Virus record (IMG/VR): IMGVR_UViG_3300045988_046952
Location: 1 to 64,000 of that record
DNA from: a virus
DNA: 64,000 nucleotides
Direction: 5' to 3' (one strand)
The notes under the pieces were generated by a model, which did no database searches, had not been told where the DNA came from, and worked only from the letters and a program-made list of their open reading frames with translations. The position numbers and the translations under genes were made by a program. Shown here piece after piece: positions 10,230 to 18,548 of the stretch (its first letter is position 1; the number at the start of each line of letters is the position of its first letter).

Positions 10230-10312
10230 AGCGGCTGTCGGGAATCGAACCCAATCTATCACTTGTGCGCATACTAAAATTAGTGATGTGCCCTCCTTTA
10301 CACTACAACCGC
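10230..10312 (-). ncRNA. tRNA-like element with intact acceptor and T-arm but no foldable anticodon arm (83 nt)
   Basis: acceptor GCGGTTG/CAGCCGC, T-arm TTGGG-TTCGATT-CCCGA; interior ATCACT..AGTGAT long hairpin. Confidence 0.4.
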
Positions 10313-10579
10313 ATGGAGCAGTGGTTAGAATACTAATAGTCAAACACTAATAGTCATTCCTAAAGAGGTGTTCTGCAACCACCCCACAGTCAGCGCTAAA
10401 CTGCACGTCTTATTACATACGCTCAACTCTGCTTTAGTTGTCATCGCTGGACTTTATTTAACCCAGATTCCAGCCTGGTCTATACTCGTTTCCTTTTAAG
10501 CTTACCACACTTAAGGCATACTAACAGATATCTGATACAGTCAGTATAGCTAGTCTTAGCTATTATACTCCATTCATGC

Positions 10580-11773
10580 CTACATGCTCGCTTCTCTAGC
10601 CATTTTTTGAATAGTTCTTTCGTAATCAATTCGTTTTACTAATGGATATAACTGTCCGTAGCCGTGATTAACTGTTATATACCTAGAAGTCATAGAGAGA
10701 CGGTAGTGAGCATTGTTAATTTCGTTAGTAAGATACTCCATAGGTACAGGAGTTACTCCGTCACTAAATGTAACAGTTATGCCCGCTTCTATATCTTCTA
10801 CACTCTTAGTAAGAGCATCTAAGCTACTTTGAATTTCTGCATATCTAGAATTAGGAATCTGTTCCGTCTCTAAATGCATAAAGTGCTTAGATGTTTCACC
10901 TATATAACCTCCTTTGCTACATGGAATCGGAAGATAAACCCAGTTGTTATTAAACTTAACAGCTTGTTCATAAGCATGAGTTCCAGGTCTAAAGAGTTGC
11001 TGGTACGTATCGACTTTAACTACTTCTCTAGTCCCAGGAACTCTACCTTGCTTGTCGTCTAACCACCACCTTATATAGTCACGAGCATCACGTACATGAT
11101 ATACTGGCAACTCAACTGGAGTACCATTAACCATACACCAATAATGACCTAGCAACCTCGGTCTATAAAAGTTAGAGTCTGTTCCATTGGAGTCAGAATT
11201 AGAATTGGCAAATCCATAACAGTAATCATAATAGTCTGCTGCTTTATGAGGTTTAGCAATCTTACCAAACTTAGGCAAAGCATGATTCCTGTTCTCCTTC
11301 CATTGCTTAGTACTAATGTTGTATCGACGACCTTTAGGAGTCTGCTCGACAGATTGTACTAATCCATTATCATCAACTCTAAAGAACGCCTGTCTCCACC
11401 TATAATCAGTGAAGTAGTCGTCTAGGTATTCAGTTTTGTCAGTATTCTTAATTGGCTTAATCCACTCATTCCAGGCTTTGGCTAGCTCTTTATAAGGCTT
11501 ACCTACATACTTGGCTATGAATTTCACAATCCTAGATTCTTTAACGTATCCATAGCCGTGGTCCCAAGCTATATGACAACTTTTGTCTAATACCTTTCTA
11601 CCATATCCTCTCTGCGCTGCTACTTCTTTAGACACTCTCAAATTGAAATCAGCATCAAAATCAGCTAGCGTCACTTTAGTAAGGTGTCTAGGATAGTAGC
11701 TTGGATTACGAGTATGTTTACTTTTACGTTTATACTCTTTCCTATGACCAAGTTTAAGTCTTCGTTCACTCAT
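10580..11773 (-). CDS. hypothetical protein (397 aa)
   Basis: long ORF; no motif recognised. Confidence 0.45.
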   Translation of the reverse strand: MSERRLKLGHRKEYKRKSKHTRNPSYYPRHLTKVTLADFDADFNLRVSKEVAAQRGYGRKVLDKSCHIAWDHGYGYVKESRIVKFIAKYVGKPYKELAKAWNEWIKPIKNTDKTEYLDDYFTDYRWRQAFFRVDDNGLVQSVEQTPKGRRYNISTKQWKENRNHALPKFGKIAKPHKAADYYDYCYGFANSNSDSNGTDSNFYRPRLLGHYWCMVNGTPVELPVYHVRDARDYIRWWLDDKQGRVPGTREVVKVDTYQQLFRPGTHAYEQAVKFNNNWVYLPIPCSKGGYIGETSKHFMHLETEQIPNSRYAEIQSSLDALTKSVEDIEAGITVTFSDGVTPVPMEYLTNEINNAHYRLSMTSRYITVNHGYGQLYPLVKRIDYERTIQKMAREASM

Positions 11774-11774
11774 G

Positions 11775-12059
11775 TTATAGTATTTTAGTTACTTTACCAA
11801 ATACGGATTTGGTCCACCCATTAGTCTTACCATGATTGTTGCCTATAAGGACTCCTCTATCTCCCTTAGCTTTGACTAAGTGAGTATAGTATCTACCTTT
11901 AACTTTGCAGAATACTATATCACCTACCTCTACATCGCTAAGATTTATAGGACTCAAGACATGCTCTTGGCCAGATTTGATTAGAGGAGTCATAGAGTTT
12001 CCCTTCTCTGAGGTTCTGAAGGATTTTCCTTCGGTCAGTAGTTTCTCCTTGTAATGCAT
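11775..12059 (-). CDS. hypothetical protein (94 aa)
   Basis: ORF track; overlaps next ORF. Confidence 0.35.
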   Translation of the reverse strand: MHYKEKLLTEGKSFRTSEKGNSMTPLIKSGQEHVLSPINLSDVEVGDIVFCKVKGRYYTHLVKAKGDRGVLIGNNHGKTNGWTKSVFGKVTKIL

Positions 12060-12429
12060 CGGCTTTAGACATTAGATATACAAAGTTTAATCTCTCTTCC
12101 ATGGTAGAGCCATTACTTATCCTTTCAAACAAGGTTAACTCTTGCCCATTCTTGTAGTTATAGTAAGATATCAACTCATTATATCTGACAGTCTTACTAT
12201 TCAGTGAAGCTATAGTCATTGGATATCTTCTTAGCACTACTCCCCTATATAAATCAACAAGTTCACCCAATGAGTTGGCAATCTTTAATAACCTAACTAC
12301 ATTGGGTGAACCGTGTTTCTTGTACCTAATAGCATAACTCTCCAGAGCAGCATCCCAATCATGGAATACATGTTGAGCTTGAGTTAAATCAATCTCAACT
12401 ATTTTGCGCAGGAACTCTTCTATAGTCAT
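11938..12429 (-). CDS. hypothetical protein (163 aa)
   Basis: ORF track. Confidence 0.4.
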   Translation of the reverse strand: MTIEEFLRKIVEIDLTQAQHVFHDWDAALESYAIRYKKHGSPNVVRLLKIANSLGELVDLYRGVVLRRYPMTIASLNSKTVRYNELISYYNYKNGQELTLFERISNGSTMEERLNFVYLMSKADALQGETTDRRKILQNLREGKLYDSSNQIWPRACLESYKS

Positions 12430-12430
12430 A

Positions 12431-12607
12431 TTAATTAGATATTGTAGGTGATGTTAACTTGTCAATTAGATTCTTCATTGCTTCTTCACCAGCAGCAAAA
12501 CCTTCAGAATACCCGATTTTATATGCCTTCTCTACTGTATCAGTAACAGCAGTCATAATTTCATTTCCTGCAAACTGTTCTTTTAGCTGTTCTAATAGTT
12601 CTTTCAT
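12431..12607 (-). CDS. small protein (58 aa) with strong AGGAGGA Shine-Dalgarno
   Basis: manual ORF MKELLEQLKEQ...; SD 4 nt upstream of ATG. Confidence 0.4.
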   Translation of the reverse strand: MKELLEQLKEQFAGNEIMTAVTDTVEKAYKIGYSEGFAAGEEAMKNLIDKLTSPTISN

Positions 12608-12632
12608 AAATCCTCCTTTCTTTAATTATTAG

Positions 12633-12718
12633 TAGCTTGAGTGGGATTCGAACCCACACGTCCATTTCTGAACACCAGAGCTTAAATCTGGGGCGTCTAC
12701 CAATTTCGCCATCAAGCC
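12633..12718 (-). tRNA. tRNA-Leu(TAA), class II
   Basis: D-arm TGGCGAAATTGGTAGACGC, anticodon arm CCAGA-TTTAAGC-TCTGG, long variable arm. Confidence 0.8.
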
Positions 12719-12724
12719 ATACCC

Positions 12725-12901
12725 TTATACTGATATCATGACCTTAATTACAACTACAATTATCATTCCTATAGTACTTATAGCAGCTATACTTAAGAAT
12801 ATCTTAACCCATTTAAAGTCACAATCCCATATAGTTAGTAACATAGCTATTAATGCAGCCACAAATGCAATGACTACAGTAATCATTAATGCTGTTTCCA
12901 T
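12725..12901 (-). CDS. small hydrophobic membrane protein (58 aa)
   Basis: manual ORF METALMITVVIAFVAALIAMLL... Confidence 0.35.
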   Translation of the reverse strand: METALMITVVIAFVAALIAMLLTIWDCDFKWVKIFLSIAAISTIGMIIVVVIKVMISV

Positions 12902-12952
12902 ATCAATCTCTTACTAAGTCTATCCAATTAATTAGGATATGATACAACCACC

Positions 12953-13348
12953 TCATAATACGTAATCGCAATAAGTGTCAACGAAATCTTTAGCTTCTTT
13001 TAAACCGCATTTAGCAGATTCTTTTACATGCTTAACTGCTTGTAGTTTGGAACCAGTCTGCACAAACTGTTTCATCTTAAAGAAGTCTTCACATGACAAA
13101 TCAATTGTATTATTCCAACGCTTCCTGTATGCAAGCATTGCATCACTATACTCTTGAGGATGTTCTGTCCAGGTAATTTGTTGGTCTAATATAACTGTAC
13201 AAGTTCCATCAAGAGTGTCATATTCTCTACTCTCTACAGTAAATTTGCCTTCTTCTAGAACTACTGTATCAGTAGGAAACGGAATCATCTCTGGTGAGAT
13301 TGATACCTCTTGTACTACTTTATCATCTTTTACAAATTTTACAAACAT
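12953..13348 (-). CDS. hypothetical protein with L7/L12 C-terminal-domain-like motif (131 aa)
   Basis: C-terminal AVKHVKESAKCGLKEAKDFVD resembles the ribosomal L7/L12 CTD motif GLKEAKDLVE. Confidence 0.4.
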   Translation of the reverse strand: MFVKFVKDDKVVQEVSISPEMIPFPTDTVVLEEGKFTVESREYDTLDGTCTVILDQQITWTEHPQEYSDAMLAYRKRWNNTIDLSCEDFFKMKQFVQTGSKLQAVKHVKESAKCGLKEAKDFVDTYCDYVL

Positions 13349-13373
13349 AATCTTTAAGTATTAATTAATAATG

Positions 13374-13447
13374 TGGCGAGAAGGTGACTCGAACACCCAA
13401 CCTTGCGATTATGAGTCGCACGCTCTAGCCAGTTGAGCTATCTCGCC
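13374..13447 (-). tRNA. tRNA-Met(CAT), elongator or Ile2-lysidine type
   Basis: acceptor GGCGAGA/TCTCGCC, anticodon arm TGCGA-CTCATAA-TCGCA. Confidence 0.8.
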
Positions 13448-13704
13448 ATTAATAAGAACATAAAGCTCATCGTGTCTACATCGTTACCAATGCAACCTTA
13501 ATACCTCCCGTTTGCTTCACTGCCGGCTAGTCTGACTTTGTCTCCTTATGTTCTTATATATGAATAATCCGCCTGGCAGGGCTGCGAGCTGCCTTACCAA
13601 TTATTGACGTCAGCTAATCTATGGAATAGCACGTCTGCTAAACTGAAATAGCCCTATAGTCATTTCTACACCTGCTCACATTTAAGTGGTGGATTACATG
13701 TTTA

Positions 13705-13815
13705 TCGGTATTTATCAAACATGCTGTCTGATGCTTCTTCTCCCCACATAGACACGATAACAATACCTATTTTAGTAGCCCTAAATACTATTGGGTCTTC
13801 CAACCAGTCCCATAA
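13705..13815 (-). pseudogene. remnant of duplicated family A C-terminus (EDPIVFRATKIGIVIVSMWGEEASDSMFDKYR*)
   Basis: 37-codon frame matching the C-termini of 5141-6079 and 8096-8962; bounded upstream by TGA; different frame from 13788-14150. Confidence 0.5.
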
Positions 13816-14150
13816 TCACTTCTATTGAGATTAAAGTTAAGCCTATTAGGCTTGTTATTAATAAAAGCTCTATCATAGGTTGGTTTGTCTACACGTAGTT
13901 TGAACTGATTGTCCCTACCGTCAGCTATTAGTGTAAGCTCATATACAGTATGCGTCTGCTGATTAACTGTTTCGGTATAACAATCCTTAGCAACTACTGT
14001 AGTCCACACGGGTCTATCAGTACAGGTTTCTTTAACTAAGTTAGATTTACATCCTCCTAGTCCTACTAAGCACACCACCATCCATATTACTATCAAAGTT
14101 GCGTGTCTGAAAGTGTTAGCTGGTGGTCTCATATCAACAATTGTCGGCAT
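13788..14150 (-). CDS. putative lipoprotein (120 aa)
   Basis: signal peptide followed by lipobox LGGC. Confidence 0.45.
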   Translation of the reverse strand: MPTIVDMRPPANTFRHATLIVIWMVVCLVGLGGCKSNLVKETCTDRPVWTTVVAKDCYTETVNQQTHTVYELTLIADGRDNQFKLRVDKPTYDRAFINNKPNRLNFNLNRSDYGTGWKTQ

Positions 14151-14329
14151 CTTCTGTCAATAATTTAGTTGCCTTATCCATTCCTAACTCGTAAGCTTCA
14201 GCAATTAATACTGCCGCACTTGCTATAGAAAGCTTACCACCGTTGTCCTCTGCTACGTTAGCTGCATTTTCAAGCAGCTCACTTAAAGTTTCTACCATAA
14301 TTAAATACATTTAATAGTTAATAATCTAG

Positions 14330-14411
14330 TAGGGTAGGTGAGACTCGAACTCACACGCCCGAAGGCACTTGGGCCTAAACCAAGCCTGTCTGCCAATTCC
14401 AGCACTACCCC
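14330..14411 (-). tRNA. tRNA-Leu(TAG), class II
   Basis: anticodon arm CTTGG-TTTAGGC-CCAAG, long variable arm, T-arm GTGAG-TTCGAGT-CTCAC. Confidence 0.75.
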
Positions 14412-14415
14412 ATTG

Positions 14416-14634
14416 TTACTTCATCAAATTGATAAATTCATCTTCATGTCCTCTATAGTATCGCTGAAGATATGCAATATACACGGCTTCGTCCTTAACT
14501 ATTTGAGGGAATTTGGATTCAAATTGTTCTACTTTCTCTTCTCCTACTATACTTACATGAAAGTCTCTAGGTGTGTTATCCACCTTAGTTGCAGACATTA
14601 ATAAGACTAATAGGAATATCAATAAATGTCTCAT
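14416..14634 (-). CDS. small secreted protein (72 aa)
   Basis: N-terminal signal peptide. Confidence 0.4.
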   Translation of the reverse strand: MRHLLIFLLVLLMSATKVDNTPRDFHVSIVGEEKVEQFESKFPQIVKDEAVYIAYLQRYYRGHEDEFINLMK

Positions 14635-14640
14635 TTAGTT

Positions 14641-14680
14641 GTTAATAAAAGGAGAGCGAGATTGCTCTCGCCCTCCAAGG
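14641..14680 (-). terminator. intrinsic terminator after AAA+ ATPase gene
   Basis: minus-strand RNA GGAGGGCGAGAGCAAUCUCGCUCUCC followed by UUUU. Confidence 0.55.
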
Positions 14681-14681
14681 T

Positions 14682-16139
14682 TTATTTGTTGTCCTTCTTC
14701 TCCGTAGAGTAGTCCTTACGGTCGAGTTCCCACTGATACTCACACATCTGAGTGATTGCTTCAAGCTTCTCTGTACCCAGAACGAGTTTGAGAGCATTTA
14801 CCAATCTTTCAGCCGGAGTTTCCACAACAGCTTTCTTGGATGCGAGTCCAAGTTGACGTTGATAAGATTCAACGCTAGCTTTGATATGGAACGATGTTAC
14901 ATGGGTTTCTTCTGTAAAGATGAGTTTGGATTTGGTTGATTCAACGATTTCAGCCATAAATGCCGGAGCAATTTCAGCTTCTTGAATGTAGTTACATACT
15001 TCACTCAAATCATCGTCGATTGTATATCCTTCTTCAGCGGTGAAGGTAGAACGGATGAATTTCTCCGCAGTTTCAGCGTCCAGGCAGTCCATAGTAATCA
15101 CAGAGCCGATTCTCTTACCTCTCAAGAAGGTAGGTTCAATCAATTCAATGTGATTAGTAGTGAACAAGGTGATTACGTTCATATCTTTGGTATCACCACC
15201 GTCCAGAGTATTCAGGATGTCTTGCATTGCAGCATCTCTGTTACCTCTAGTTACTTGGTCAATATCTTCAACAAATACGACAACACCATGACCCGAACGG
15301 TCAACAACTTTACACATGCGCAGAGTTTCTGCAAGAAGAGAAGGATTCTTCAAATACACGAATGACCAGCCGTTTGTTACAGCATCTTTAGCCAGCTTAA
15401 ATGCCAGCAAGGTCTTACCTGTACCATATTTACCTTCCAGCAAACAACCATATTTCAATGGAATACCTTTAGCCAGACATTTCTCTGGATACAAGATTCT
15501 TGAGCGTAGCGGTTGCAATTCAAATTCAGTCTTCTTAGAAAGAACCATGAATTGTTTCTCGATGCCGGCAAGTGTCATGATAGTAGGTTCAGACAGATTG
15601 CTGATTTCCAGTGCTTGATTCTTGTAGATAGATTCTGATGCTAACAGCTCTTTAGTTCTGTCAACAATATCATCAATCAATGACTGGTATTTGAACTGGC
15701 ATTGTCCTTTAATAAGGAGTAAATGACGGTCATTGTCATAGTTGATGTTGATTTCAGAATCCTCTCCCAATTCTTCAAGGCTGATTTTACCAAACGGAAC
15801 CTTGGTACGAGAACCGTCTGCCAGAACAACGTCTACGGTATCAATATTGCTGTTTCCAGAAGGACTGTTATCCTCCTTACTAACGGCAGAACCGAAGATT
15901 TCATTGATTGCTCTGTTCAACTGATATACACCGTCCGGTTTCCAACAAAGCAGCGAGTATTTGAAACTTGCCATTTTCTTGGACTGTTTGATTTCACCTT
16001 CGATGAATCCCAGAGCATCAGCATACTTCACGTTGCTTTGGAGCACTTCAATCATTCTCTGTTTCTGAGTTTCCTCGTACTTGTTAACTCTCTGCTTAAT
16101 AGCAGCTGTAGTTCCTTGCGGAATAATGTTCTTTGCCAT
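14682..16139 (-). CDS. AAA+ ATPase (classical AAA clade)
   Basis: Walker A GKYGTGKT, Walker B VVVFVEDID, second region of homology TTNHIELIEPTFLRGKRIG. Confidence 0.7.
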   Translation of the reverse strand: MAKNIIPQGTTAAIKQRVNKYEETQKQRMIEVLQSNVKYADALGFIEGEIKQSKKMASFKYSLLCWKPDGVYQLNRAINEIFGSAVSKEDNSPSGNSNIDTVDVVLADGSRTKVPFGKISLEELGEDSEININYDNDRHLLLIKGQCQFKYQSLIDDIVDRTKELLASESIYKNQALEISNLSEPTIMTLAGIEKQFMVLSKKTEFELQPLRSRILYPEKCLAKGIPLKYGCLLEGKYGTGKTLLAFKLAKDAVTNGWSFVYLKNPSLLAETLRMCKVVDRSGHGVVVFVEDIDQVTRGNRDAAMQDILNTLDGGDTKDMNVITLFTTNHIELIEPTFLRGKRIGSVITMDCLDAETAEKFIRSTFTAEEGYTIDDDLSEVCNYIQEAEIAPAFMAEIVESTKSKLIFTEETHVTSFHIKASVESYQRQLGLASKKAVVETPAERLVNALKLVLGTEKLEAITQMCEYQWELDRKDYSTEKKDNK

Positions 16140-16142
16140 TAC

Positions 16143-16415
16143 TTAATTAGGTTTATTAATCTTATTTACTTCTTTAATGATTGCCTCACAATTCTCTCTT
16201 GTTGTAGTTAAACAACCAAGTTGAATAATAGAACCGTCTTGAGTGATAGTCAGGTTCTTCTCTTCGATTGTTTCCCTACATAGACCTCCTCTGATAATTC
16301 TTTTAATGAGTGGAAAGGGTAATATAGTATTCTTACAGAATATCATATTCTTGCCTTCCACATAAATGACATCGTAGCCGTCAATGCTACCTACTACCTT
16401 ACTCATTCGATTCAA
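16143..16415 (-). CDS. hypothetical protein (90 aa)
   Basis: ORF track. Confidence 0.4.
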   Translation of the reverse strand: MNRMSKVVGSIDGYDVIYVEGKNMIFCKNTILPFPLIKRIIRGGLCRETIEEKNLTITQDGSIIQLGCLTTTRENCEAIIKEVNKINKPN

Positions 16416-16427
16416 CTATTAACTGTG

Positions 16428-16504
16428 TAGGGACGGTGGGGATTGAACCCACATGTGACCAATTACCCTTTCAACAGCGTATAAGGCAGAGGGGATACGT
16501 CCCT
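16428..16504 (-). ncRNA. tRNA-like element (acceptor plus T-arm only; D/anticodon region unfoldable)
   Basis: acceptor AGGGACG/CGTCCCT, T-arm GTGGG-TTCAATC-CCCAC. Confidence 0.4.
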
Positions 16505-16599
16505 GAATGTTTATATCCGCTCACAATTAACAGTTCTCAAAGAGTAGTGTTGTTAGTGACTTCATGATAAATCCTATTTTAAACTGAAATAATTAGTAG

Positions 16600-16671
16600 T
16601 TGGGCTACCAGGATTCGAACCTGGGCTACAAGAGCCAAAACCTTGTGTGACTACCACTACACCATAGCCCA
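16600..16671 (-). tRNA. tRNA-Gln(TTG)
   Basis: U1:A72 acceptor TGGGCTA/TAGCCCA, anticodon arm CAAGG-TTTTGGC-TCTTG. Confidence 0.75.
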
Positions 16672-16692
16672 GTAAAAGGAGTCCGAAGACTC
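16672..16692 (-). terminator. intrinsic terminator after PurA/PurZ-like gene
   Basis: RNA GGAGUCUUCGGACUCC followed by UUUUAC. Confidence 0.5.
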
Positions 16693-17760
16693 CTAAACTA
16701 ACTTATCGAATATCATGGGTTGTATCGACATCCATAAATTCGCTAGCATTTCTTGCTCTGCGTCAGATGCTTCATCCCAATGTGATACGTACAATTTCTC
16801 CGTTCGTTCATTCCTATAAGGAACTTTAAATGAACGGTTAATGCGTACACTGTGTGCGAATAGGTCTTTGTCGAAATCAATAGCCCTAAGCGTCTTCTGG
16901 AAATCGTTGAACTTATTATTAGGGTCATCGACATCCCTAACAGACATTCCAGAAGGAAATGGGCCGTTACCATGCCTTGTTATATAAGGACGAGTTACAT
17001 AACAAGTTTGGATTTCTTTACGTATACCTGCTTTCCGCAACAGCTCGTAAGCGTTTTGTGAAGTTGTATTAGACGGAGTGCAATAAGGCATTATGCCGAA
17101 TCTTTGGTCAAGCAATATTCCCTGTGAACCTTCAAACACTAGGTTATCATAATTCAACAAGCAATCTTCATTAACCGTACCTGTATGTAAGAAATAAGCA
17201 TGTGCTAACCTACACCAGTTGTCTAGGTCTATCGAAGGATATTTACTAGACATGTTGTAATAGTTATCCACTATGGCATTTAGTTTCTCACGCAGTATGT
17301 AAGGATTCATACAATCTACAACTGTTAAGCTGTATCCTGCCTTAACTCGGTCCAAACAAGCTTTAAACCCTGTACCTACAGTACCATGTCGTAAGTTCTC
17401 TTCATTATTAACTTGGGAATAGACATCGAAGGGAATTACAACTTGGCAGTGAGGGTGATACTGAACAATGGGATGAACTCCCATTTTAGCTAAGTCTGCA
17501 CCTTCTAACATAGAGGTAATTGGGTCTACAGTACAGTATTCGGACCAATACGTCGGCACTCCAAGTAAGGTTCCGCTGCCAAAGTTACTAAAGGTGTGCA
17601 TCATGTCTCCATGCTTTACAGTATGTCCTACTTGATGTCCACCACTAAACCTGACTACTAATACAGACTCTCGCTTACCTATGTACTTGTTACATAAGTT
17701 GTGAACTGTCTGTCCCTTACCGCAATCGCCGAAGAAACTACCTAAAACTATATTTATCAT
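16693..17760 (-). CDS. adenylosuccinate synthetase family protein, short form (PurA/PurZ-like, 355 aa)
   Basis: P-loop GDCGKGQ (compare PurA GDEGKGK), SGGHQVGHTV (compare GGHNAGHT), FEGSQGILLD...PYCTPSNTT (compare FEGAQGTLLD...PYVTSSNTT), GNGPFPS. Confidence 0.7.
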   Translation of the reverse strand: MINIVLGSFFGDCGKGQTVHNLCNKYIGKRESVLVVRFSGGHQVGHTVKHGDMMHTFSNFGSGTLLGVPTYWSEYCTVDPITSMLEGADLAKMGVHPIVQYHPHCQVVIPFDVYSQVNNEENLRHGTVGTGFKACLDRVKAGYSLTVVDCMNPYILREKLNAIVDNYYNMSSKYPSIDLDNWCRLAHAYFLHTGTVNEDCLLNYDNLVFEGSQGILLDQRFGIMPYCTPSNTTSQNAYELLRKAGIRKEIQTCYVTRPYITRHGNGPFPSGMSVRDVDDPNNKFNDFQKTLRAIDFDKDLFAHSVRINRSFKVPYRNERTEKLYVSHWDEASDAEQEMLANLWMSIQPMIFDKLV

Positions 17761-17764
17761 AAAA

Positions 17765-18514
17765 TTATACTATTGTGCTACTTAATGTATGAGTTATCTC
17801 TGCTTCACATTGTCTACAATTCACCCTTATCAAGGTAACTGCATCCTTATGTCTATCACAGAAATTATTAAGTAGCTGGTCCCTGTATTGCTGCATTTGG
17901 AAATCAGCCATGCTATCATAGAATCTATAGGTTGGGCTGAAGTGCTGTTCCCCATCGTACTCTATGAAATACTGACGTCCTTTATGCTTTACAAAGAAAT
18001 CAATAACTAATCTATGTGAGGGTCTGTCTATCTCCTGGTTAATCAATACGAATTGTCGTTCATAACGAATATTACTTCGTTGTAACCACGCTTCAATTAT
18101 ATTCTCTCCACGAGACTGTTTGCATCTAGGACATCCACGTCCTTTCAGATGGTTATCTGGAGTTACGTAAAATTCCCCGTGCTTTTTGCACATGATACAA
18201 ACCTTAGTTCTAGAATTAACATACTCTACTTTAGAGTAGTTATATCTGTCGCCATGTTTGCTAACAGCCTTCCTTACAAATTCTTCGGTAGTAGAAGAGA
18301 AGTGGTTTCTTAGTTTAGTACCCTTGCATTTAGGGCATCCATGCTTCCTATTAATATGTTTGGCGGGAGTTTGTTCAAACTCTCCATGCTCCGGACATAT
18401 AATGGTTACTTTAGAGTTCATATCTACATAGACGACTTTACTATAGTCGTATTTGTCTCCATGAACATCTCTAAACCTAGATATTACTTCCTCCTCGGTC
18501 AATTTCTTACCCAT
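17765..18514 (-). CDS. homing-endonuclease-like protein: three Zn-ribbon repeats plus DUF559/Vsr-like nuclease motif
   Basis: repeats CPEHGEF...KH..GCPKC (three copies); C-terminal RLVIDFF...IEYDGEQHF. Confidence 0.5.
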   Translation of the reverse strand: MGKKLTEEEVISRFRDVHGDKYDYSKVVYVDMNSKVTIICPEHGEFEQTPAKHINRKHGCPKCKGTKLRNHFSSTTEEFVRKAVSKHGDRYNYSKVEYVNSRTKVCIMCKKHGEFYVTPDNHLKGRGCPRCKQSRGENIIEAWLQRSNIRYERQFVLINQEIDRPSHRLVIDFFVKHKGRQYFIEYDGEQHFSPTYRFYDSMADFQMQQYRDQLLNNFCDRHKDAVTLIRVNCRQCEAEITHTLSSTIV

Positions 18515-18548
18515 GTACTGTTCCTAATACAATACTAATCATTTCAGT

